A DNA stretch of 64,000 nt from an uncultured Planctomycetales bacterium (GTDB lineage: Bacteria > Omnitrophota > Gorgyraeia > Zapsychrales > JANLHA01), in the NCBI GenBank assembly GCA_964450385.1, contig CAYVEC010000009.1, positions 391 to 64,390 of the forward strand. The letters are read 5' to 3'. The position numbers and the translations under genes are program-made. The notes under the pieces were generated by a model, which saw only the letters and a program-made list of their open reading frames with translations, was not told where the DNA came from and did not search any database. How positions within the stretch are numbered: the first letter of the stretch is position 1; every line of letters starts with the position of its first letter. Shown in pieces: positions 51,432 through 59,752 of the stretch.

Positions 51432-51752
51432 TTAACGCACCCGGGCGCCGAGCGGGACCTCGCCGTCGGGAACAAGTACGACTGGTCCCCGATCACCCGA
51501 TGCCGCAAGGAGCATGCCCTGCGATTCCTGGCCCCGGATCACCGCCGGTTCGAGATTATTAATCACAATAATGCGTTTGCCTACGAGGTCCTCGGGCCGA
51601 TAGCTCAGGCGGATCCCAGCGACGAGCTGTTTAATCCCGCTCCCGGTATCGATCTTGAGCACATACAATTTGTCCGCGTTCGGATGATCCTGAACCTCAA
51701 CAATCTGTGCCACGATCAATTCGAGCGCCCCAAAATCCTGAATCGTCACCAT
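51432..51752 (-). CDS. csaA: tRNA-binding protein CsaA / Trbp111-like (EMAP OB-fold)
   Basis: 106 aa with the pattern VAQIVEVQDHPNADKLYVLKIDTGSG...QLVAGI, typical of the MetRS-C/CsaA OB-fold. Confidence 0.75.
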   Translation of the reverse strand: MVTIQDFGALELIVAQIVEVQDHPNADKLYVLKIDTGSGIKQLVAGIRLSYRPEDLVGKRIIVINNLEPAVIRGQESQGMLLAASGDRGPVVLVPDGEVPLGARVR

Positions 51753-51831
51753 CCCCGGCTCCTGTCCGTTGTCATCAATAAAAGAACGGCCCTATTGTAA
51801 CACAGCGCCCGATGATTACCAAATCCCGCTC

Positions 51832-51859
51832 TTGAAAAAGCCGCGGTTGCCATTATAAT
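51832..51859 (+). promoter_or_regulatory. Sigma70-like promoter TTGAAA-N16-TATAAT immediately upstream of the 51866 ORF
   Basis: Hexamers read directly from the sequence. The -10 box ends only 6 nt before the ATG, which suggests a leaderless or very short-leader mRNA. Confidence 0.4.
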
Positions 51860-51865
51860 GACGCT

Positions 51866-53452
51866 ATGACCATAAAAACACGACTCATCCTTCTCTTATT
51901 TATAGCCGGCATCATGATCCACCTACCCTTTTGGAACTACCATCACTTTATTTCCACCGGAGATACGGGCAGGGACCTTTATGTTTTTTCACGCACAGCC
52001 TTAGGCGACGTCCCTTATCGTGACTACTGGTGGTGCTATGGCCCTCTCATGCCTTATATCTACGGAACGATCATGCGGATCTTCGGTTTCTCGCTTAATG
52101 TCATTTTAATAACACAACATTTTTTTTATATTCTCAGCGGCCTTTTCTTTTTCGCGGCCTTGTCCTTCATCATACCGCCGTCCCTCGCGGCGGTTGGGTG
52201 CCTTTGGTTTTGGGCCTCTTTCCCAGGATTTTTTTATACGTACAATCACAGCGCCGGAATTCTTCTGCTCATAATGATCATGTATTTCTTCTTTAATTAC
52301 ATTAACTCAAAAACACTGCGTCACCCCTGGATCACCCTCCCTCTGTGTTTTATTCTTGCAATGATTAAAATTAACTCAGGCCTCGCGGCATTATGCGGAA
52401 TTATATTGGCATTTGTCCTTATTAATATGACCGCACCAAATCACTCGTGGCGAGAAGATAAAAAATTTTTCTGGGTAGCAGGGCTGGTAGTCGTTGGTAT
52501 TATTGGAACATACGGTCTTTTTCTTATAGGTATGCCGATATATGAAATCCGCCAATGCATTCCGTTTATCACATCAGACCAGCCGCATGCTCAAGAGCTT
52601 CGCCAAACCATTTATGTCCTCATTCAAGGCATCACTATCATTGCCTACGACTCCTGGTCCAACCGTATTTTTTCCTTTGTATTGATCCTGAGCCTCATCC
52701 GCGTTCTTTACCGGCCTCCCTCCTCGTTTGATCAGCAAAAAAAGCAATTTTTCTATTATTCATGTTACCTAATAATTTTTATTCTTTTTAACCTGCATGA
52801 GTACCTGCTTTCAGGAATCGTCTATCGATTATTCTGGCCCGTTCCCTTTGCAATGGCCTTAACCCTCGTCTTAATTTTTCTACTGTCAGGATCTTCCAAG
52901 CTGACACGTATGACGCTTACTGGCGCCCTGCTCTGCTATTCTGGATCCATGTTCCTTAACAACTATTCTTTGGTCCAAAAAAATTTCGGCGATCGAAAAA
53001 TAATTTCATTCAATCATTCCCAATCTATCATTACTAACGAACTAGACTGGATCGAAACTGTTAACAAAACAACAAAAAAACTTAGAACCATCCTGAAAAA
53101 AGACGAACTCTTCTTCGCCCTGCCCTATGACCCCCTCTACTATGCCCTAATAGGCACGCGAAGCCCAACGCGTCAGCTGATGCTTTTAGAACACATGAAC
53201 ATCCCGACGGAGCAGGATCAGCGCATTATCAAAGATCTGGAAAAAAACCACGTTAATGTCGTCCTAATATCGAACCGTTCCGAATCTAAAAATCCGGGAA
53301 TTGGAGTCTTCGGCATTGATTACTGCCCGCTCTTGGCCGACTATATCAAACGCGAATTTGTTGTAATTGCAGAGTATGGAGACTGGAAAAGCATTCCAGG
53401 CTGGACCCGGAATCATGCGACACGAATCCTACAGCGAAAAAATCCTCTCTAA
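51866..53452 (+). CDS. Polytopic membrane protein, GT-C-like putative glycosyltransferase, in a low-GC island
   Basis: 528 aa with more than 12 TM helices, an acidic first-loop motif (STGDTGRDLY) and aromatic-rich loops. The gene is visibly AT-richer than its flanks. Confidence 0.45.
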   Translation: MTIKTRLILLLFIAGIMIHLPFWNYHHFISTGDTGRDLYVFSRTALGDVPYRDYWWCYGPLMPYIYGTIMRIFGFSLNVILITQHFFYILSGLFFFAALSFIIPPSLAAVGCLWFWASFPGFFYTYNHSAGILLLIMIMYFFFNYINSKTLRHPWITLPLCFILAMIKINSGLAALCGIILAFVLINMTAPNHSWREDKKFFWVAGLVVVGIIGTYGLFLIGMPIYEIRQCIPFITSDQPHAQELRQTIYVLIQGITIIAYDSWSNRIFSFVLILSLIRVLYRPPSSFDQQKKQFFYYSCYLIIFILFNLHEYLLSGIVYRLFWPVPFAMALTLVLIFLLSGSSKLTRMTLTGALLCYSGSMFLNNYSLVQKNFGDRKIISFNHSQSIITNELDWIETVNKTTKKLRTILKKDELFFALPYDPLYYALIGTRSPTRQLMLLEHMNIPTEQDQRIIKDLEKNHVNVVLISNRSESKNPGIGVFGIDYCPLLADYIKREFVVIAEYGDWKSIPGWTRNHATRILQRKNPL

Positions 53453-53472
53453 ATTTTTCAGGCAAACTTGCC

Positions 53473-53931
53473 TTACCGCACCATCGCCTTGGCCCGTTCG
53501 ATCTTAACGTCGCCCCCACAATGCGTCGCGGTGATCCCATATGGCGGAAAATCCCGTTGGCCCAAATTAAAACGCCCGACCTCGATTGCGAGATCCGTGC
53601 ACGCAAGAAAATCTCGTTTCGCGTCGGTCAAGAGCTCGGTAATTTTTGGCGGGAGGCCTTCCGGAACAGCGGTCATGTGGAGATCAAGGATCGCCTGTTG
53701 ACAGAGCCGAACCGACGCGCCCGGATTATACTCCGGTTCACGGTTCGCTTCAAAGCAGGCGGGAAAAACGCGATCGATGTCCGTCTCAAAACGCATGATC
53801 GCGAGACTCTGTTCATGTGGTGTGAGCCGAATTTCTCCACGCTGAGGCCCGCCGCAACCGACCGCAACCAGCATAGCCGCCGCGACGCATCCCCACACCC
53901 GTCCTACCTGTCGATGTCGTTGAGCGTCCAT
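53473..53931 (-). CDS. Hypothetical lipoprotein
   Basis: Signal peptide plus lipobox (LVAVGCGG). Confidence 0.35.
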   Translation of the reverse strand: MDAQRHRQVGRVWGCVAAAMLVAVGCGGPQRGEIRLTPHEQSLAIMRFETDIDRVFPACFEANREPEYNPGASVRLCQQAILDLHMTAVPEGLPPKITELLTDAKRDFLACTDLAIEVGRFNLGQRDFPPYGITATHCGGDVKIERAKAMVR

Positions 53932-54121
53932 CCGAAGACCCCCGATTCTCGAGCGAGATTGCCGCCGGAGCCTCGTCGGCTAAAACACGCCGATCAAAAA
54001 CACTACGCCTTATTTTTATCTTTCCATCCCGGACGTGTCTTCCCATGCGTCCCACGATAGATTTTTCCCTTGCGGGTCCTCTTATCCCCTTTACCCATTC
54101 GAACCTCCTATGACACACATG

Positions 54122-55495
54122 TTATACTGGTCTCGGCAGCCCCGACAACGAGGCCTCTAACGAACGCCGTAATTCGTCTTCGGGCAGCGCGTAACTGCTC
54201 AATTCCCCCTTCAAAAATCGGTCATACCCCAACAGGTCCATCATCCCATGCCCGCTGTAGCAGAACAGGATCACCTTCTCCTGCCCCGCCTCGCGCGCCC
54301 GGATCGCCTCGTCGATGGCGCCCGCGATCGCGTGGCTCGTTTCAGGCGCGCAGACCGCCCCCTCGGTCCGCGCCCAGAGCATCGCGGCCTCATAGCTCGT
54401 GATCTGATCATACGCGCGCGGCTCCATCAGCCCCTCGCGTACCGCTTGACTGACGAGGGGAGACATCCCATGATAACGCAACCCGCCGGCGTGGATAGGC
54501 GCCGGAACAAAATTGTGGCCCAGGGTGTGCATCGCGAGAAGCGGCGTCTGCCCGGACTTATCACCGAAATCATAGGTGAACGGACCGCGCGTCAGCGTCG
54601 GACACGCCGTGGGCTCGACCGGAACGATGGAGATCCGCGCCCCGTTCATTTTATCGCACACAAAAGGGAACGAGATCCCGGCAAAATTGCTCCCTCCCCC
54701 GGCGCAGCCGATCACCACGTCCGGCAGACGCTCGCCGATCAGGGCGAGCTGTTTTTTGGCCTCAAGCCCGATGATCGTCTGATGGAGCATGACATGATTC
54801 AGAACGCTCCCGAGCGAGTACTTCGTCGATCCGGTCGGGTCCTCAAGGGCCTGCTCGATCGCCTCGCTGATCGCGATCCCAAGGCTCCCGGGCGTGTCGG
54901 GCATCTCGGCCAGGACCTGCCGGCCGGTCGCCGTCTCCTGGCTCGGGCTCGCCACACAGGTCCCGCCCCAGATATTCATCATGATCCGCCGGAGCGGCTT
55001 CTGGTCAAAACTGATCCGCACCATAAAAACCTTGCATTCAAGCCCGACGAGATTGCAGGCAAAGGCGAGAGCACAGCCCCACTGGCCCGCGCCCGTCTCC
55101 GTCGTCAACCGCCGCGTCCCGAACTGTTTGTTATACCACGCCTGAGGAACCGCGGTATTCGGCTTGTGGCTCCCGGCGGGGCTCACGCTTTCATCCTTAT
55201 AATAGATCCGCGCCGGGGTCTTCAGGTGCTCCTCAAGATACCGAGCCCGCCGAAGCGGCGCCGGCCGCCACCGATAGAGAATCGACAGGATCTCCTCAGG
55301 GATATCGATCCACCGGGCCGACGACATTTCCTGCTCTAAGAGATTGGTGGGAAAGATCCGCGCCATTTGCGCCGGCGTGACCGGCTTCCCGTCAGGCCCG
55401 AGAGGCGGCAGCATGGGCCCTTTTAAATCCGCCGCGAGGTTATACCACTGCCGCGGGATGTCCTTCTCCTGTAATGTGATCTTAATGTCCTTCAT
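54122..55495 (-). CDS. TrpB2-type tryptophan synthase beta-like PLP enzyme (stand-alone)
   Basis: 457 aa (long-form TrpB2) with PLP-lysine region ([10 protein letters not shown]) and glycine loop ([11 protein letters not shown]). No trpA adjacent. Confidence 0.8.
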   Translation of the reverse strand: MKDIKITLQEKDIPRQWYNLAADLKGPMLPPLGPDGKPVTPAQMARIFPTNLLEQEMSSARWIDIPEEILSILYRWRPAPLRRARYLEEHLKTPARIYYKDESVSPAGSHKPNTAVPQAWYNKQFGTRRLTTETGAGQWGCALAFACNLVGLECKVFMVRISFDQKPLRRIMMNIWGGTCVASPSQETATGRQVLAEMPDTPGSLGIAISEAIEQALEDPTGSTKYSLGSVLNHVMLHQTIIGLEAKKQLALIGERLPDVVIGCAGGGSNFAGISFPFVCDKMNGARISIVPVEPTACPTLTRGPFTYDFGDKSGQTPLLAMHTLGHNFVPAPIHAGGLRYHGMSPLVSQAVREGLMEPRAYDQITSYEAAMLWARTEGAVCAPETSHAIAGAIDEAIRAREAGQEKVILFCYSGHGMMDLLGYDRFLKGELSSYALPEDELRRSLEASLSGLPRPV

Positions 55496-55537
55496 CGTCC
55501 ACCCTTCTGTTCATCTGTCGCACACGATCCCGGTCCC

Positions 55538-56188
55538 CTACCGGGGAAGACCGACCGGCTGAGTCAGGATCACTTTTCGCGTCTCGTTGAGCCCCATTTT
55601 CGCGGCCAGGGCCGCATGATCAAACCAGCCGATCGCCACGGTCGCAAGCCCCTCGGAGGCACAAAACAAATAAACATTCTGGCTCACATATCCCGTATCC
55701 ACAGCGATATAAAAATCACGGAGCCCCGCATCCTGTTTCATCCTCGAGGTCTCGGCGGCAAAGATCAAAACGACCGGGGCCTCGGCCACAAAATCCTGCT
55801 GACCGCACAAGGGCCGAACATCTTCCGCCAGGACCGTTTCAAGCGTATTCTCGCGGGGGTTATATCGATACACGGCCTCTGCGGTCGCCGCGTAGATCTC
55901 GATCTCCTGGGCGTTACCGGCCGTCGGGGCCGTGCGCTTGCCGTCGGGACGGTTGACGCCGGCGGCTGCCCATAAAAGATCCGACACAGTCTGAAGCGTG
56001 AGCGCCTCCTGCCGGAATTCCCGCCTCGACTGCCGCTGGCCCAATGCCTGCATGAGCGGCACGCCTGCCGATGTCTGCGGCGCCGGCAGTTCCGTGATCA
56101 CCTCCTGCGCCGACGCGGCCGTGACGGCCATCATCAGCATCACGGCACAGATCACATATCGTCCCTGTCCCATCACGATCCTCCTCAT
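55538..56188 (-). CDS. Nitroreductase-family flavoprotein with an N-terminal signal / Tat-like peptide
   Basis: N-terminal MRRIVMGQGRYVICAVMLMMAVTAASAQE followed by a nitroreductase-fold pattern. Confidence 0.55.
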   Translation of the reverse strand: MRRIVMGQGRYVICAVMLMMAVTAASAQEVITELPAPQTSAGVPLMQALGQRQSRREFRQEALTLQTVSDLLWAAAGVNRPDGKRTAPTAGNAQEIEIYAATAEAVYRYNPRENTLETVLAEDVRPLCGQQDFVAEAPVVLIFAAETSRMKQDAGLRDFYIAVDTGYVSQNVYLFCASEGLATVAIGWFDHAALAAKMGLNETRKVILTQPVGLPR

Positions 56189-56226
56189 GTCTTTTTAAAA
56201 CACAAAATGATACCATCCCAAACGCC

Positions 56227-56760
56227 TCAGCGCCACTCCCGGATTTCATCGAGGGTCTTACGGCATTTATCCCTCGCGGATGGATTCATCGGATACCCGA
56301 GGCTCAGCATAACGTCAACCCTCGTGCGCCGCGGCCACCCGAATATCTTTTTTACGGCCCGGCCGTTAAACCACCCGAGCCAGCAGGTGCCCAACCCTTC
56401 TTCCGCCGCCTGAAGGGTAAAATGATCACAGGCGATTCCAAGGTCCATCAAACTGAATTCAACCCCGCGCAGGGTCGCCCCAAGCCGTGCGGTATAGACG
56501 GATGCCTCGCGCACAACCACGACGAGAACCGGAGCGGTCCGAGCAAACGCGTTCATCCCGAAGACCCCGGAAAACGCGGCCTCGGCAAGACGCGCCCGTG
56601 TCGCAGGATCGGCAACCACGATGAACCGCCACGGCTGAGAATTACAGGCCGAGGGCGCGAGCCGTGCCGCCTCAAGACACCGCTCGATCTTCTCGCGCTC
56701 AACCGGTTTGGGCAAATACGCCCGGCAGCTCGACCGCTGCCGCACAAGATCTAAGAACAT
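56227..56760 (-). CDS. Nitroreductase-family protein
   Basis: FMN-binding N-terminal motif (RSSCRAY...APSACNSQPW) typical of the NfsB/FRase fold. Confidence 0.7.
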   Translation of the reverse strand: MFLDLVRQRSSCRAYLPKPVEREKIERCLEAARLAPSACNSQPWRFIVVADPATRARLAEAAFSGVFGMNAFARTAPVLVVVVREASVYTARLGATLRGVEFSLMDLGIACDHFTLQAAEEGLGTCWLGWFNGRAVKKIFGWPRRTRVDVMLSLGYPMNPSARDKCRKTLDEIREWR

Positions 56761-57101
56761 CTCCGCTCCCGCTCCTTAAAAACGATCCACCGATTTGTCA
56801 ACGCCCGATCCACGAGCCCATCGGTCCACCCGCGGACCCGGCGATACATCCTCCAGCCCCAAGGCATCCCGTCGACAAAGCCCAGCATCACCATCATGAC
56901 GCAGCCCCCGCCGATCGCCGCGTCCCAAGCCATTCGTGTGGTCGGCCAGATCCATGAGGCGCACAAAAAAGAGCCGCGCCTGCCCAGACCACGATCACCC
57001 ACGGGCGCCACTCGGTCGTAAAAGGATATTCGGATTCTGTCAGCTTCTCGCTCCCCACGGCTAAGGTCCCCGTAATTCGCGCACAACATCAACCGCCTCA
57101 T
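56751..57101 (-). CDS. Hypothetical protein
   Basis: 116-aa ORF with one hydrophobic segment, filling the gap between the response regulator and the nitroreductase. Weak call. Confidence 0.15.
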   Translation of the reverse strand: MRRLMLCANYGDLSRGEREADRIRISFYDRVAPVGDRGLGRRGSFLCASWIWPTTRMAWDAAIGGGCVMMVMLGFVDGMPWGWRMYRRVRGWTDGLVDRALTNRWIVFKERERRCS

Positions 57102-57705
57102 CGATCCCTCGATTCACCTCGCGCACAAGCTCGCGGGCGAACGCGGTAATCTCGGCATCCGACCGATCCCGATACAAGCCCTCGTCATAACTGAGGAGAA
57201 AATTCTCGCATTTATTCCGAACAACCCCGAGCAGGTTCAACAGCCGATGCGCCGTCTCCCGATCAAGGGCCTGACAAGAGCATTCAGGAAGCACGCCTGG
57301 GCCGCGATCCGCCTGTTCAGACGGCAAATGAGCCGGATGCGTCAGCCGTTCAAGAACACCCCGAAGTTTTTCCAATTTAAGCGGCTTGATAAAATATTCC
57401 GCCACCCCCAGCCGGTAGATCCCTTCGATCTCGGCCGCGGACAAGAGCTGCCCTGTGATCACGACCACCGGGGTCACCTCACCCTTCCCCCGCAGGGTCC
57501 TTAAGACCTCCTGGCCGTTCATGTCCTCAAGGGAAAAATCCAGGACCACCACGTCCGGGCGTTCGACCTCGATGATGACAAGGGCCCGCTGCCCGCTCGC
57601 CGTGGTCAGGACACGAAAGCCGTGACGGGTCAAATACGACTGGAGCACCGAGGCGGTCTCGATCTCGTCCTCCGCGATCAAAATAGTCGGGGCCTCATGA
57701 CTCAT
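57061..57705 (-). CDS. Response regulator (REC domain plus a C-terminal domain of unknown function)
   Basis: Start reassigned to MSHEAPTILIAEDE. The phospho-acceptor Asp lies in VVVLDFSLEDMNG, and the conserved T/K are present (VVVITGQ...KPLK). Confidence 0.7.
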   Translation of the reverse strand: MSHEAPTILIAEDEIETASVLQSYLTRHGFRVLTTASGQRALVIIEVERPDVVVLDFSLEDMNGQEVLRTLRGKGEVTPVVVITGQLLSAAEIEGIYRLGVAEYFIKPLKLEKLRGVLERLTHPAHLPSEQADRGPGVLPECSCQALDRETAHRLLNLLGVVRNKCENFLLSYDEGLYRDRSDAEITAFARELVREVNRGIDEAVDVVRELRGP

Positions 57706-57780
57706 GGAAATCAGTATAACAAAAAATTTTTTGAATAAGGATTTTTTTAAATGGTTCTGCCGGCAGGTCCCGGACACGGC

Positions 57781-58014
57781 CTAGAGCCGGTCCTCAAATA
57801 ACGTGACCTCGGGCAGATCACCGGCCGGATCTTCGGAAGGCAGACAATCAACCACCTGACCTTCACGTACCACAAGGTCAAAGACCTCACGCGGCCGGTC
57901 TTGCTCAAGAAGATCAATGACCTGACGGATGACCCGTTTCTTTGTCAACCGCACCATCACCCGAAGGTTCTGGATCTCCGTATTATTCAAGACAAGCAGG
58001 ATCTTCACAGGCAT
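57781..58014 (-). CDS. Small protein, possibly a KaiB-like thioredoxin-fold partner of the response regulator
   Basis: 77 aa. The N-terminal KILLVLNNTEIQNLRVMVRLTKKRV loosely resembles KaiB ([24 protein letters not shown]). Confidence 0.3.
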   Translation of the reverse strand: MPVKILLVLNNTEIQNLRVMVRLTKKRVIRQVIDLLEQDRPREVFDLVVREGQVVDCLPSEDPAGDLPEVTLFEDRL

Positions 58015-58362
58015 CTCCGTTTCTGGCCGAAATCGACTCGAGCCAAAACATATCCCACGTCTGCCATGTGTTTCGATTTATTTATGAAGAACAGGGGCTA
58101 AAAGAATTACCATGTGGGGATGTATACGCTGTGTTGCCTTTTCTGCTAAAAAGATACCACCAAATATGACAAAAAACAATCTAGGTAAAATAATTTTGTC
58201 GTATTTAAAAAACCTTATAATTCTTTTATTTTCAATTATTTAAGACTTTGCTCTCATTTTAAAAAATTATTTTTTTATAAAATATGACAAAATAAGTCTA
58301 AAAGTGCCCTGCTTTGGCTTGACATTGAGTCAAAAATGCTCTACCTTTATAGTAAGGGGACA

Positions 58363-58932
58363 ATGATGAAATTATATGAAAAAATCCGAAAGGTCCGCGA
58401 GGATCTCGGGCTTACCCTCCAGGATGTCTATGACCGAGGGGTGGCGGTTTTTGGCGCCGACAAGGCGATCAGCTACCGAACCCTGCAGCGAATCGAACAG
58501 GGACAGCTCGCCAAGTTTTCCTCAGTCCTCAAGATCTGCTGCGCCCTGGGCGTGACCCTGGAAGAGCTCATCCGCGATACCGAGCTCCAGGACCGCATGC
58601 TCATCCGTCAGGATGAACGGGTCGATGAGTACACCTATAACGACCAGGTCCGGGCCAGCATTACAAGCAGTCCGAACCGGAGCTTCCTTGCCCTCGAAAT
58701 GACCCTGGACCCGGGCGGGTCAACGGGCCTGGAGCAGAGCCCCAAAAACAAGCCTTTTGAAAAATGGGTCTACGTGGTGGAGGGCGAGCTCACCTGCCGG
58801 ATCGGCGATGAGTGTTTTGTCCTCACAAAAAAAGATGCGGTGTCCTTCGACAGCAGCATCCCGCACCGCCTCGAGAACGCCTCGCCCAAAAAGTGCGTCT
58901 GCGTCCTCATTCAAAATCCCAAACATTTTTAA
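58363..58932 (+). CDS. XRE-family HTH plus cupin-domain transcriptional regulator
   Basis: Start at ATGATG (58363) with an AGGGGA RBS. HTH region (LQDVYDRGVAVFGADKAISYRTLQRIEQG) and a C-terminal cupin domain (WVYVVEGELTCRIGDECFVLTKKDAVSFDSSIPHRLEN). Confidence 0.75.
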   Translation: MMKLYEKIRKVREDLGLTLQDVYDRGVAVFGADKAISYRTLQRIEQGQLAKFSSVLKICCALGVTLEELIRDTELQDRMLIRQDERVDEYTYNDQVRASITSSPNRSFLALEMTLDPGGSTGLEQSPKNKPFEKWVYVVEGELTCRIGDECFVLTKKDAVSFDSSIPHRLENASPKKCVCVLIQNPKHF

Positions 58933-59711
58933 CCGCGCCCGGCACGGGGCGCCTTGTATTTTCCGATACTAATGAGAACGGCCTTGAGCTTTTCATTCAA
59001 CGCGGCAAGGGAGACGGGTTTTTCAAGATAATCCGCGGCGCCCATGGCCACCGCCTGGCTCACGACCTCGGCGCTCGTCCACGCGCTGATCACCACGATC
59101 CGTGAAAGAGGGCTGATCCGGCGCATCTCGCGGATCACCTCCATCCCGCCGAGCCCCGGCATCTTAATATCAAGGAGGATCACATCCGGCGGGCAGTCGC
59201 GAGCGCTCACGAGGGCCGTCTCGCCGTCAGAGGCCTGATTGAGCACGCACTCATAGCGCGGCGAAATGAATTCTTGGACCGTGGACCGAAAGGCCGCATC
59301 GTCATCCACAATGAGGATCACCGGCATCTCGCCCCTGCCGCCTTGGTTCAACAAAGCCCCGATCTTCTCAACAACGACATCGCGAAGGTAATTCCGGCTG
59401 AAAGGCTTCCGGATCCATTCATCCGCCCCGGCGAGCGCCGACGACGACCGCGCCGCCTCTTCCGATTCGGCCGTGATCATGATAACGACCGCCCCCAGAT
59501 CTCCCGCCTTGATCCGTCGGATGAGATCGATCCCGTCACCGTCGGGCATCGCGCGATCGACAAAAATGATCCGCGGACGCTCCTCCCCTGCCATCCTGAG
59601 CGCGCTCTCGGCATCCTCGGCGGTCAACACCGAAAAACCGATATACGTGAACGTAGTTCGGATCGCGTCACACACGCCCGATTCCCGGCCGACGACCAAA
59701 ATCTTGATCAT
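58929..59711 (-). CDS. Response regulator with two tandem REC domains and no output domain
   Basis: REC1 Asp in IIFVDRAMPDGDG, REC2 Asp in VILLDIKMPGLGG. Overlaps the XRE gene end by 4 nt on the opposite strand. Confidence 0.7.
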   Translation of the reverse strand: MIKILVVGRESGVCDAIRTTFTYIGFSVLTAEDAESALRMAGEERPRIIFVDRAMPDGDGIDLIRRIKAGDLGAVVIMITAESEEAARSSSALAGADEWIRKPFSRNYLRDVVVEKIGALLNQGGRGEMPVILIVDDDAAFRSTVQEFISPRYECVLNQASDGETALVSARDCPPDVILLDIKMPGLGGMEVIREMRRISPLSRIVVISAWTSAEVVSQAVAMGAADYLEKPVSLAALNEKLKAVLISIGKYKAPRAGRG

Positions 59712-59752
59712 CTCACAACCCCCTCATCCCTAGCCCATCCACATCCCATCGC

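Noticed and set aside
54248-55339. 363-aa plus-strand ORF antisense to TrpB2
   Set aside because: Arg- and Pro-rich junk translation. TrpB2 on the minus strand has the PLP-lysine and glycine-loop motifs.
56751-57101. 116-aa ORF as a real gene
   Set aside because: Kept only as a very low-confidence feature. It has no RBS or motif support, and alternative-frame ORFs of similar size cover the same gap.
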